This document shows positions 9,811-17,638 of a stretch of DNA of 64,000 nt, in pieces. Made by a program: the position numbers and the translations under genes. Under the pieces are notes generated by a model. It saw nothing but the letters and a program-made list of their open reading frames with translations. It searched no databases and had not been told where the DNA came from. The stretch spans positions 99,512-163,511 of the forward strand of contig CAZDDU010000001.1 in the NCBI GenBank assembly GCA_964504255.1, in the 5' to 3' direction. Source of the DNA: an uncultured Candidatus Saccharibacteria bacterium. Lineage in GTDB: Bacteria > Patescibacteriota > Minisyncoccia > Phycocordibacterales > Zambryskibacteraceae. Positions within the stretch are counted from its first letter, which is position 1. Each line of letters opens with the position of its first letter.

Positions 9811-10173
9811 CTAGTCAGAATATGGTGGATTCAGAAGCTTGAGTTCGTAGAGCTCACCGACGATGAATTTGATCAGGTACTCGGCAGCATCATCGTGGTA
9901 CATCTCTAGGAGTTCCTCAGCTCGATCGAGGAATGTGAGGATGTGTCCCGCGGTGGGCCCCTCCTTGCTCGCGTTCGTCAGAGACTCATTCTCATGGCCC
10001 CAACAGCGTAGTGCCCCACGGTACTTTGTAATGAGTGAGCGGAGCATGATGCGTTTGTCGCTCCTTCGTATGTCAGCTCGGAGACGCCGACCAGCGTCGT
10101 TGAGGTGGCCCCAGAAACCAAACTTAGCTACCTGCTCTTCGTCAAAACTCGGGGTTGTACCACGGTTGCCCAT
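9811..10173 (-). CDS. hypothetical protein
   Basis: 120-aa ORF; AGGAGG RBS 7 nt upstream of ATG; higher GC than neighbours. Confidence 0.45.
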   Translation of the reverse strand: MGNRGTTPSFDEEQVAKFGFWGHLNDAGRRLRADIRRSDKRIMLRSLITKYRGALRCWGHENESLTNASKEGPTAGHILTFLDRAEELLEMYHDDAAEYLIKFIVGELYELKLLNPPYSD

Positions 10174-10212
10174 TAACTCCTCCTGTAAGGTTCAAGATTC
10201 TTCAGTCAGCCT

Positions 10213-10268
10213 ACTCTCAAAATTAAAAAATGCAAAAGAAAAACTCCGATACTGTCGGAGTTTTGTAT
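10213..10268 (-). promoter_or_regulatory. terminator hairpin followed by conserved 31-bp promoter-like element (copy 1)
   Basis: Plus-strand actctcaaaattaaaaaatgcaaaagaaaaa (10213-10243) identical to 10811-10841; minus-strand reading gives hairpin + TTGCAT-16-TAGGCT. Confidence 0.4.
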
Positions 10269-10772
10269 CTAGCTCAGCTTCGCTTCATCCCAGGGCCATT
10301 TGGGGAGCCAAGCTTTGCAGAACTTGAGTGCCGCCTTGCGAATGGTTTTTGAGTGGACCCTCTTCTTTTCTGAATCGTCCTCGAAACTGTAGCTAAACTT
10401 CGGGGTGATAAAGTACACAGCGTCTTTCTCTTCAGGTAGATAGATCAGTATCGCTGGGCACTTACCGTCTTCACCTTTTCGATAGAAACGGCCCTTGAAC
10501 CCGAGTGTCTTAGCAAAGGCGGGGAAGTGTTCATGAAGTTCATCCGGAGAAATTGGGATCAATGCCCCTAATGCCTCATGGTATTGACCAATAGCCATGA
10601 GACACAAATGAACTCTTTCGTAGGCCAGCCTTTGGTGAACCGTTAGAGACTTGAGGTAATTAACGCGCTTCTCCACTTTCTTCTTTCGCGTGTTCGCGGA
10701 CGCCTTATTAGCATGGGGGTTCCATCTGCTCCAGCCCACTGCATGTTCGCGCTCATCATGACACAGTGCCAT
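10269..10772 (-). CDS. hypothetical protein
   Basis: 167-aa ORF, no recognisable domain. Confidence 0.45.
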   Translation of the reverse strand: MALCHDEREHAVGWSRWNPHANKASANTRKKKVEKRVNYLKSLTVHQRLAYERVHLCLMAIGQYHEALGALIPISPDELHEHFPAFAKTLGFKGRFYRKGEDGKCPAILIYLPEEKDAVYFITPKFSYSFEDDSEKKRVHSKTIRKAALKFCKAWLPKWPWDEAKLS

Positions 10773-10810
10773 TTTGTCTCCAAGTGTGGGTTCGTTTCTA
10801 TTTTTAGAAT

Positions 10811-10866
10811 ACTCTCAAAATTAAAAAATGCAAAAGAAAAATCCCCTAAGCCGGGCCTGGGGGATT
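10811..10866 (-). promoter_or_regulatory. terminator hairpin + conserved 31-bp promoter-like element (copy 2)
   Basis: Same 31-mer as 10213-10243; minus-strand TTGCAT-16-TATTCT; hairpin aatcccc..ggggatt. Confidence 0.4.
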
Positions 10867-10903
10867 GAAGGAATGTCCTCGTTGTGAGGATTGGAACAGA
10901 GCT

Positions 10904-11222
10904 TTAGTGGCGTCCGGGCGCGACGACGTTCAGAACAACCTTCTTCCATTCGGGAGAAGTATTGGCCTTGTCGTTGTCCAATGCCGCCTTGTACACTTCG
11001 TAGCTCTGTGCGGCAAGACCGAGCTGACGAGCTTCTCGGACAACATGGCGGCACTGGTTGTTGTGCTGCCGCCACTCTTCGGCCTCGGCCATTCTGCGCC
11101 GGAATGATTCCGCGTCTCCATCGTTTGGGTGATCTTCCTCGGTCAAGATGGAACGGAGCCCAATTCCGAAGAGACGGAGGAAGGCGTTGAGATGAATCTT
11201 CAAACCTATGAACATAACAGTG
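10904..11222 (-). CDS. hypothetical protein (start uncertain)
   Basis: ORF in locally GC-rich stretch with several overlapping antisense ORFs; most protein-like frame kept. Confidence 0.3.
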
Positions 11223-11347
11223 CTCCTATATGTGAGTTCTACATTAATAGAATCACACATCATTAAAATTGTCAAGCTACCACAATATAGAACTACTATG
11301 AGGAGGGTTAGTGGAGAAGAGGCTGTGGCGCAGATGAGTACATCTGC

Positions 11348-11403
11348 ATCCTACCAAAATATAGAAAAGCCCCGCTCATGCGGGGTTTTCTTATTTTGGT
11401 GGA
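11348..11403. repeat. second copy of the 56-bp ssrA 3'-flank/terminator
   Basis: atcctaccaaaatatagaaaagccccgctcatgcggggttttcttattttggtgga; one mismatch versus 14270-14323. Confidence 0.7.
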
Positions 11404-11466
11404 CTTAGTTAGCGAAAATTGGAATATGCTCCATCTATGGGTTTTCGAAGCCTCTGAGGTGATTTC
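11388..11466. repeat. direct repeat R copy A
   Basis: cttattttggtgga + cttagttagcgaaaattggaatatgctccatctatgggttttcgaagcctctgaggtgattt. Confidence 0.7.
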
Positions 11467-11474
11467 CAGCTCAA

Positions 11475-12200
11475 ATGATAGAATTATCTATCATGAGTTA
11501 TGAAAGCCTAAATTCTGATCTCGACAAACAAGAATTTCTATTTCTGAGTGAGAAAGATCAGCAAGTCTTAAAAGAAGGGGGGCGAAAGGTTGTGGAACTT
11601 TTACTTAAAGACTTTACAGATGAATTACCCAAAGCAATAATTTTCCCTGATACTTCCGCGAGGCCTCTCGCTCACATGTTTCTGCCTATTTTAAGGAAGT
11701 TGTCAGAAGAAAGGGGGCAAGAGATTCCGTCTTTTTATTTTTTCCAACAGGTCCATGGTGACCCATCAAATATAGAGAGAGCTGAAGAGATCCTGGATTA
11801 TGAGGGAAGGGGCTCTAAACTGGAAGAATTTTTAAAGAAGTTTCTATTTAAAGATGGTGGTGGGATAGCAATTATTGATGATTATGTCAGTGCAGAAGCA
11901 AACACTATAGGTAAAATCAGACACGCATTTGGTGACAAAAATATCCCTGCTTATGCAGTGATTGGACAGGTAAATTTTTTTCCTGATTTTGCCAAGATAA
12001 ATGTTGGGTTGCTTGATCCATATGCATCTCGTCCAGGAAGATTGTCAAAAGGTTTCGATTACAGAGAAAGTAATGCTATTGGAGTAAGTAAGGATTCTAA
12101 CTCGATCTATGTATCTAAAAATGAAAGTGTTGGGGAGGATGTTACCAAGCTGAGATCTGATATGAAAAAAGTGGGTGAGGAAATTGCTTCTGGTCTATAG
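11475..12200 (+). CDS. hypothetical protein, diverged phosphoribosyltransferase-like fold
   Basis: GIAIIDDYVSAEANTIGKI resembles the PRTase PRPP-binding loop (hhhhDDhh-TTG-T); GAGGTG RBS supplied by repeat A. Confidence 0.4.
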   Translation: MIELSIMSYESLNSDLDKQEFLFLSEKDQQVLKEGGRKVVELLLKDFTDELPKAIIFPDTSARPLAHMFLPILRKLSEERGQEIPSFYFFQQVHGDPSNIERAEEILDYEGRGSKLEEFLKKFLFKDGGGIAIIDDYVSAEANTIGKIRHAFGDKNIPAYAVIGQVNFFPDFAKINVGLLDPYASRPGRLSKGFDYRESNAIGVSKDSNSIYVSKNESVGEDVTKLRSDMKKVGEEIASGL

Positions 12201-12224
12201 CACAAAACCCACCATGAAGGTGGG

Positions 12225-12303
12225 TCGTGTTATCTGGGGACTTAGTTAGTGAAAATTGGAATATGCTCCATCTTTGGATTTTTGAAGTCTCTGAGGCGAT
12301 TTT
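12225..12303. repeat. direct repeat R copy B
   Basis: hairpin cccaccatgaaggtggg + tcgtgttatctgggga + cttagttagtgaaaattggaatatgctccatctttggatttttgaagtctctgaggcgattt. Confidence 0.7.
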
Positions 12304-12317
12304 AAACAAAACAAAAG

Positions 12318-12350
12318 GAGAGCTGGTTGGGCTCTCCTAAAATCTTTTTG
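12318..12350 (-). terminator. intrinsic terminator for 12369..12650
   Basis: ggagagc-tggttg-ggctctcc hairpin with T-run on minus strand. Confidence 0.5.
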
Positions 12351-12368
12351 GACCAGAGCACTTTCATG

Positions 12369-12650
12369 CTACTCAGGCTTCGTCTTCTTGAATCGCTCGT
12401 CCTTCTCTGCGAGCCAAGTTTCAAGGGCACCGAAGAGTTCTCCGGATTTCACGCCCAGGAGTGTGTGTGGTGGAACTAAGAGAGCATCTTTAGTTCCGTA
12501 AGTCACGTGCCGCTCCTCGCAGATTGCCCTGCCGACCGCTTCAGCGCGCTCGCGGTATTCGCGGTAGAAGTCGGGGTCACTTCCGAAGAGAGTAGTTACA
12601 ACGCCCACTAGTTGAACAGCTTCTATCACATCACTCACAGTTCTTGTCAT
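12369..12650 (-). CDS. hypothetical protein (93 aa)
   Basis: Strong AAGGAG RBS and TTGACA-17-TTTTAT promoter immediately downstream of the duplicated ssrA 3' end. Confidence 0.45.
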   Translation of the reverse strand: MTRTVSDVIEAVQLVGVVTTLFGSDPDFYREYRERAEAVGRAICEERHVTYGTKDALLVPPHTLLGVKSGELFGALETWLAEKDERFKKTKPE

Positions 12651-12712
12651 GGGGGCTCCTTTGGAGATGGTTCTACCAACATAAAATCACAATCAAAAAA
12701 GTATGTCAATAG

Positions 12713-12729
12713 TGGTGGAGATGGGCGGA
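12713..12729 (-). other. 17-nt duplicate of the ssrA 3' end (att-like core)
   Basis: tggtggagatgggcgga identical to 14317-14333, same orientation as ssrA. Confidence 0.6.
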
Positions 12730-12870
12730 CGCTTAGCTATCTCACTCCTCGGAAACCCACGGTTTTCCGAATCCTTCCTCCACGGGAGACCAGAGTGTTC
12801 TCCCGACCCCTCTCCAAGGTTCGATTCCATCACTACTAGCAGATAACACAAAACTCACCATGAAGGTGGG

Positions 12871-12949
12871 TCGTGTTATCTGGGGACTTAGTTAGTGAAA
12901 ATTGGAATATGCTCCATCTTTGGATTTTTGAAGTCTCTGAGGCGATTAT
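12871..12949. repeat. direct repeat R copy C
   Basis: Identical core to copy B, preceded by the same caccatgaaggtgg hairpin. Confidence 0.7.
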
Positions 12950-12974
12950 AGGCTAACGGTGTTAATATGATTGT

Positions 12975-13235
12975 ATGAATTTTGAAAAACCAATAACACA
13001 GGAATCTAACAAGAGGGAAGTTTTTATTAATAAGCTTCGTGAAGAAGTGGGTAGGCTAGTGGAAGCAGGAAGACTTACTCAAGAGCAAGCAGATGAGAAG
13101 ATTGCTAACGCAGAAAAGATTGAGGAGGGTCTTTCTGAAACTCCTGAAGTAGACGCAGAGATATTCGCAATTGCTGGAATATCTACGGAGGCAGAAATGA
13201 TTCAATTGTTAGGAAAAAGAAAAACTGACATTTAG
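12975..13235 (+). CDS. hypothetical protein (86 aa)
   Basis: Coiled-coil-like acidic protein; immediately downstream of repeat C. Confidence 0.4.
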   Translation: MNFEKPITQESNKREVFINKLREEVGRLVEAGRLTQEQADEKIANAEKIEEGLSETPEVDAEIFAIAGISTEAEMIQLLGKRKTDI

Positions 13236-13243
13236 TCAGTCTT

Positions 13244-13320
13244 CTTATTTTGGTGGACTTAGTTAGCGAAAATTGGAATATGCTCCATCTATGGGTTTTC
13301 GAAGCCTCTGAGGCGATTTT
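13244..13320. repeat. direct repeat R copy D
   Basis: cttattttggtgga + core nearly identical to copy A (single T/C difference). Confidence 0.7.
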
Positions 13321-13377
13321 CAAAAATGGCTCTAAATAGGGGTTTTGAACTACCTTTGTTTCAGTGCAGGGTATCTA

Positions 13378-13406
13378 TTGACAGACAGCTCTTACTATGC
13401 TATACT
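13378..13406 (+). promoter_or_regulatory. sigma70-type promoter candidate
   Basis: TTGACA-17 nt-TATACT upstream of ORF 13546. Confidence 0.45.
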
Positions 13407-13545
13407 TATTAGGTAAAGTAAGTTCTTTGAAAGATGTCATCCTGTTGAGTTTGGAAGAAGGGACGTAATTGACTTGCTGGCGAAACAGCTAAGCCGATTA
13501 TAGATTTTCTTCCAAACTCAACTCAACCCACAGGAGAAGCATACA

Positions 13546-13944
13546 ATGATTAAGTTCGTTACCACCTACCACGGCATGCACCTCAATGTCTTCCTGGTTG
13601 TCGACCAGGACCAAGCCTACCTTTTGTGCTATGAGCACGAGACGGATGAGTTCGGTTACATGTGTCCTTGTTGCATGAACGACAGTCATCGTCGAGCCAT
13701 CATGGACACGGTGAGTGAGGCTATCCGTGATGGTAACGTGAAGGGGACAGTCTTGTGGTGCAGCCACAAGAATGACTCTCCTCACCTCGGCGAAAACTTG
13801 GGCCACTATGCTCCCTTGGAGCAACGCATGTTCAAGGGTGGTTCGGCGAAAGGAATTTCTGCCGAAACTAAGGCCCTCATTCGTGAGGAAGCTTTGCGTC
13901 AGGTGGCTGTGGGAGCCATCAAGGATTTTGCGCCGCGAACGTAA
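13546..13944 (+). CDS. hypothetical Cys-rich protein (132 aa)
   Basis: AGGAGA RBS; CPCC..H motif; chosen over antisense ORF 13498..13959, which is low-complexity. Confidence 0.5.
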   Translation: MIKFVTTYHGMHLNVFLVVDQDQAYLLCYEHETDEFGYMCPCCMNDSHRRAIMDTVSEAIRDGNVKGTVLWCSHKNDSPHLGENLGHYAPLEQRMFKGGSAKGISAETKALIREEALRQVAVGAIKDFAPRT

Positions 13945-14282
13945 TAGCGGTAAACCCACTCGGTGAAGTAACCTACGAGTTCAATCCTCGTAAAACTTTC
14001 AAACAGAACGCACGACCTTAGGGTACGGCGTTCTTTTTCTTTGAATAAAACTATACCTCAAAGAAACAAGAGCTTGAGGGCAGTGGCTTTAATAGCTAAT
14101 AGAAAAGAAATGAACAGTCCACAAAATATCACAAGCTAAACTCGGGAAAGTCTTTCGAGATACTTTCGCGGGCAGATGTGGCTTTAATGAAGCGTCCCGA
14201 TATGCGCAAGCTTATCGAGTATATTGAATCCACCACCTCAGTTGGTGTGGCGTCGCATAGTAATGCGACATCCTACCAAAAT

Positions 14283-14306
14283 ATAGAAAAACCCCGCTCA
14301 TGCGGG
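14283..14306 (-). terminator. intrinsic terminator of ssrA
   Basis: ccccgc-tcat-gcgggg hairpin followed on minus strand by TTTTTCT. Confidence 0.6.
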
Positions 14307-14316
14307 GTTTTCTTAT

Positions 14317-14711
14317 TTTGGTGGAGATGGGCGGAATCGAACCGCCGTGCAAAGATGAATCAGAGTGAGGTCTACATGAGGTAGACTGCTTCATTTGGTT
14401 TCAAACATTAAGATACAAAACAGACGAAAGCTCTTAATGCTCTATCCTCGAGTGTTAGAAGGAGAGTGAGGAGGCTCTACTTCGAGTCCAAAGTATTCCA
14501 CAACTTTCAAGCCCTTGGACAAAGCTTGAGGTCATGCGCACATGCGAGCTTACGCTCTAGCGTATGCGAACTGGAAGTCCTTCATACCGAAGTATGGAGA
14601 AATCCTAGCAAAAGAATCTTTTGCAGTTGAGTTTTGAGAGGGATTTAAGAGTCCTCTCGGCTCTCTCACGCGTCACTCTGATGGTCGTCCTTGTCTAGGC
14701 CGATCATCCCC
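14317..14711 (-). ncRNA. ssrA: transfer-messenger RNA (tmRNA)
   Basis: 5' GGGGAUGAUCGGCCUAGACAAGGACG; 3' GGCGGUUCGAUUCCGCCCAUCUCCACCA; acceptor stem with G3-U70 wobble; sits directly downstream of smpB; ~395 nt. Confidence 0.75.
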
Positions 14712-14726
14712 GTATTTAAATGTAAG

Positions 14727-15164
14727 TTACAAACTTCTCTTTAGGTCTCTCTCGGTGTCGCGCTTCTTGATCGATTCGCGTTTGTCGAATTCCTTCTTAC
14801 CGCGAGCAATAGCGACGCGACACTTGATAAACCTACCTTTATTATACACCGTAATTGGCACAATTGTCAAGCCCTTGGTGGCCTCGGCTGTGGCGAGTTT
14901 CGAGAGCTCGTCTTTGGTCATGAGGAGCTTCCTAACTCTTTTAGGGTCGTAGTCTGTCTTAAGATTTTTGGGCTGGTACGGAGCCACCTCTGCATTGAGG
15001 AGGAAGGCCTCTCCACCTCGGACCGAGACGAAGGAGCCGGCGAGACTCATCTTCCCAGCACGAACACTCTTCACCTCGGGACCATCTAGTTCGAGCCCCG
15101 CCTCGAACTCTTCCATAAGTTCGTAGTCGAAGCGTGCCTTCCTGTTCTCTGCGTAATTACTCAT
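14727..15164 (-). CDS. smpB: SsrA-binding protein SmpB
   Basis: ENRKARFDYEL..AGLEL.G.EVKS.R.G...L..SFV; C-terminal Lys/Arg tail. Confidence 0.9.
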   Translation of the reverse strand: MSNYAENRKARFDYELMEEFEAGLELDGPEVKSVRAGKMSLAGSFVSVRGGEAFLLNAEVAPYQPKNLKTDYDPKRVRKLLMTKDELSKLATAEATKGLTIVPITVYNKGRFIKCRVAIARGKKEFDKRESIKKRDTERDLKRSL

Positions 15165-15209
15165 GGTGTCATCATAGCAAAACCTAGATTTTTCGGTATA
15201 ATTCGGTGA

Positions 15210-17147
15210 ATGTCAGAGAACAAAAACCAGCATAATAAGAAGAAGATCATCATCACTAAGTCAGGTGGTAAGGGCAAGATACCCGAGAGCTTCGCCAGAC
15301 AAGCAATTCTCACGGTCTTCATCTTCTTCGTCATTACCAGTCTCTACTCTTATATCAATGGCAGTGGAGAGAAGCCGGCTGAGATACCGCTATCTGTCCT
15401 TGCTCAGGATGTGGTTGCTGAGTTGGTACAGAAGATCGAGGTGAAGGGTGACGAGCTCATCATCACCTACAAGGATGAGACACAGAAGATCTCTAAGAAG
15501 GAGGAGGGAGCACCACTCACCACCACTCTCGCTAACTATGATGTCACCAAGGAGGCACTTGCTGGTGTAGAGGTCTCTATAATCTCAGACCGTGGAGCCG
15601 GCTTCTGGATCCTCTCACTCACACCCATCATCCTCCCAATTATTTTTGTTATCTTCTTTGTTTGGTTCCTTTCGAGACAAGTTAAGGGTGCGGGGATGCA
15701 AGCCTTCACCTTCGGACAGTCGAAGGCGAGGATGATCCATCCAGACGACAAGGTGAGTCGCATTACATTTAAGGATGTAGCGGGTGCCAAGGAAGCTAAG
15801 GAAGAACTAAGTGAGATAGTCGACTTCTTGAAGAATCCAAAAAAGTTTTTAGAAATTGGCGCGAGGATTCCTAAAGGTATTCTTCTCATGGGTGCACCAG
15901 GTACAGGCAAGACCTTGCTTGCACGAGCGGTGGCGGGGGAGGCTGGAGTGGCCTTCTTCTCCATTTCGGGTTCTGAGTTTGTCGAGATGTTTGTCGGAGT
16001 GGGAGCGTCACGAGTACGCGATCTTTTCGACATGGCGAAGAAGTCAGCACCAGCAATTATTTTCGTCGATGAGATTGATGCAGTAGGCCGAGTGCGTGGT
16101 GGTGGTATGGGCGGAGGGAACGACGAGAGGGAGCAGACTCTAAACCAAATCCTAGTCGAGATGGATGGCTTCGAACCGAACGAGAAGGTAATAGTCATGG
16201 CCGCGACGAATAGACCCGATGTCCTTGACCCCGCGTTACTTCGACCTGGTCGCTTTGATCGTCGTGTTACTCTCGACCTACCAGACCGATCTGATCGCGA
16301 GGAGATTTTGAAAATACATGCGAGGAAGAAGCCTCTGGCTGAGGATGTGAACTTGATCCTCATTGCCGAGCGAACACCAGGCTTCTCTGGTGCCGACCTC
16401 TACTCGCTGATGAACGAAGCGGCGATACTCGCCGCTAGGGAGAATAGGACTAAGGTGTCTCAGTTTGATTTGATCCGCTCGATAGAGAAGGTGATGCTTG
16501 GTCCAGAGAGGAAGAGCCATATTCTGAGCAAGAAGGAGAAGGAGTTGACCGCCTACCACGAAGCAGGGCACGCCATCGTTGCATCTGTCCTTCCATACGC
16601 GGACCCAGTGCACAAAATTTCTATCATTAGTCGAGGTCGCGCAGCGGGTTATGTTCTTAAGCTACCAATTGAGGACAGAAAGCTCCAGAGTAAGAAGGAG
16701 TTCTTAGATGACATTGCAGTAGCGCTCGGTGGTTATGTAGTGGAGAAGACGATCTTCGGTGACCTTACTACTGGTCCATCTAACGACCTGCAAGTTGCCT
16801 CAGCTCTAGCTCGGGATATGGTGGCGAAGTATGGCATGAGCGAGAAGTTGGGTGCCGTAGCGTTCGAGAGTCAGCCTGGTAGACCAATGTTTGGTCAACG
16901 CCTAGAGGAGAAGGGTTATTCGGAAGAGGTGGGGGCGAAGATAGATGCAGAAGTTTCTAAAATAATTGATGACTCAATGAAGAGGGCACACGAGATCATT
17001 ACTACTCATCGTGAGGCATTGAATGATATTGCGAAGACTCTGATAGAAGTCGAGACAATAGAGCAGAAGCAGTTTGAAGAGATCTTAGTGAGGAACAAGA
17101 TCAAGCCTAAGAAGAAGCTCGATATAGAGCATCAGCCTCTAGTGTAG
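15210..17147 (+). CDS. ftsH: ATP-dependent zinc metalloprotease FtsH
   Basis: Two N-terminal TM helices; AAA Walker [19 protein letters not shown]; SRH; HEAGHAIV zinc motif. Confidence 0.9.
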   Translation: MSENKNQHNKKKIIITKSGGKGKIPESFARQAILTVFIFFVITSLYSYINGSGEKPAEIPLSVLAQDVVAELVQKIEVKGDELIITYKDETQKISKKEEGAPLTTTLANYDVTKEALAGVEVSIISDRGAGFWILSLTPIILPIIFVIFFVWFLSRQVKGAGMQAFTFGQSKARMIHPDDKVSRITFKDVAGAKEAKEELSEIVDFLKNPKKFLEIGARIPKGILLMGAPGTGKTLLARAVAGEAGVAFFSISGSEFVEMFVGVGASRVRDLFDMAKKSAPAIIFVDEIDAVGRVRGGGMGGGNDEREQTLNQILVEMDGFEPNEKVIVMAATNRPDVLDPALLRPGRFDRRVTLDLPDRSDREEILKIHARKKPLAEDVNLILIAERTPGFSGADLYSLMNEAAILAARENRTKVSQFDLIRSIEKVMLGPERKSHILSKKEKELTAYHEAGHAIVASVLPYADPVHKISIISRGRAAGYVLKLPIEDRKLQSKKEFLDDIAVALGGYVVEKTIFGDLTTGPSNDLQVASALARDMVAKYGMSEKLGAVAFESQPGRPMFGQRLEEKGYSEEVGAKIDAEVSKIIDDSMKRAHEIITTHREALNDIAKTLIEVETIEQKQFEEILVRNKIKPKKKLDIEHQPLV

Positions 17148-17151
17148 TAAC

Positions 17152-17187
17152 AAAAAACCGTCCCGAATCTCGGGACGGTTTTTTTTG
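17152..17187. terminator. bidirectional intrinsic terminator
   Basis: aaaaaaccgtcccga-atct-cgggacggtttttttt. Confidence 0.65.
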
Positions 17188-17207
17188 ATTCTTAAGAATA
17201 CTCTCAA

Positions 17208-17417
17208 CTACATTGTTGAACCAGAAGCGTTGCAGTTTCGGCACATCTTCTTGTGGCCGAAGATCTCAACGATAGCTGAGATACCTACGAGGATGTAGAT
17301 AACCATAGCTACTGTTGGACCAACGAAGTTAGCTAGGTCCCAACTAGACATAAGTCCAGTTAGAAGCCAGTTAAGACCTCCAACAATGAGCAAGATAAAC
17401 GCGATTTTGTGAAGCAT
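17208..17417 (-). CDS. DUF378-like small membrane protein
   Basis: LIVGGLNWLLTGL motif; internal Met start chosen so the CDS does not abut or overlap the tRNA at 17526. Confidence 0.45.
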   Translation of the reverse strand: MLHKIAFILLIVGGLNWLLTGLMSSWDLANFVGPTVAMVIYILVGISAIVEIFGHKKMCRNCNASGSTM

Positions 17418-17525
17418 TAAATTAATTAATTTACTTATAACCTCACGGTTAATTATAGCAATATAGATAGTGTTAAGGATGAAGTTTGTCCACAGAGGTT
17501 TTTTGATATATCCTTGTGTAAACAA

Positions 17526-17599
17526 CCGCCCGTAGCTCAGTTGGTTAGAGCACAGAGCTTATACCTCTGGGGTCCTTGGTTCGAATCCAAGCGGGCGGA
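17526..17599 (+). tRNA. tRNA with anticodon UAU (Ile-AUA by standard code); C1-G72; no encoded CCA
   Basis: Cloverleaf: CCGCCCG/CGGGCGG acceptor, TAGCTCAGTTGGTTAGAGC D-arm, CAGAG-CTTATAC-CTCTG anticodon arm, TTCGAAT T-loop. Confidence 0.6.
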
Positions 17600-17638
17600 C
17601 AAGAAAAATCCCCAAACAAAAGTTCGGGGACATGTAAA

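Noticed and set aside
11208-11408. 66-aa and 68-aa plus-strand ORFs (the second at 14178..14384)
   Set aside because: Both read through the duplicated ssrA flank/terminator hairpin (shared …SYQNIEKPRSCGVFLFWW). They are artefacts of the repeat.
11388-13320. CRISPR array formed by the four direct repeats
   Set aside because: The repeats are 63-80 bp, the spacers are 570-800 bp and contain full ORFs with RBSs, and there are two repeat subtypes. None of this is CRISPR-like.
14317-14410. tRNA-Sec or suppressor tRNA, suggested by a GUCUA-CCUCAUG-UAGAC hairpin with UCA next to a perfect T-arm and CCA
   Set aside because: No complementary 5' acceptor strand lies within 100 nt. The 3' acceptor pairs instead with GGGGAUG 395 nt upstream, and smpB lies directly upstream, so this is the tRNA-like domain of tmRNA.
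15536-16363. 275-aa minus-strand ORF
   Set aside because: It lies entirely inside ftsH on the opposite strand and is Ser/Arg/Pro-rich.
17418-17525. N-terminal 36 codons of ORF 17208..17525
   Set aside because: They would abut the tRNA at 17526. A DUF378-like protein of ~70 aa from the internal Met is more plausible.
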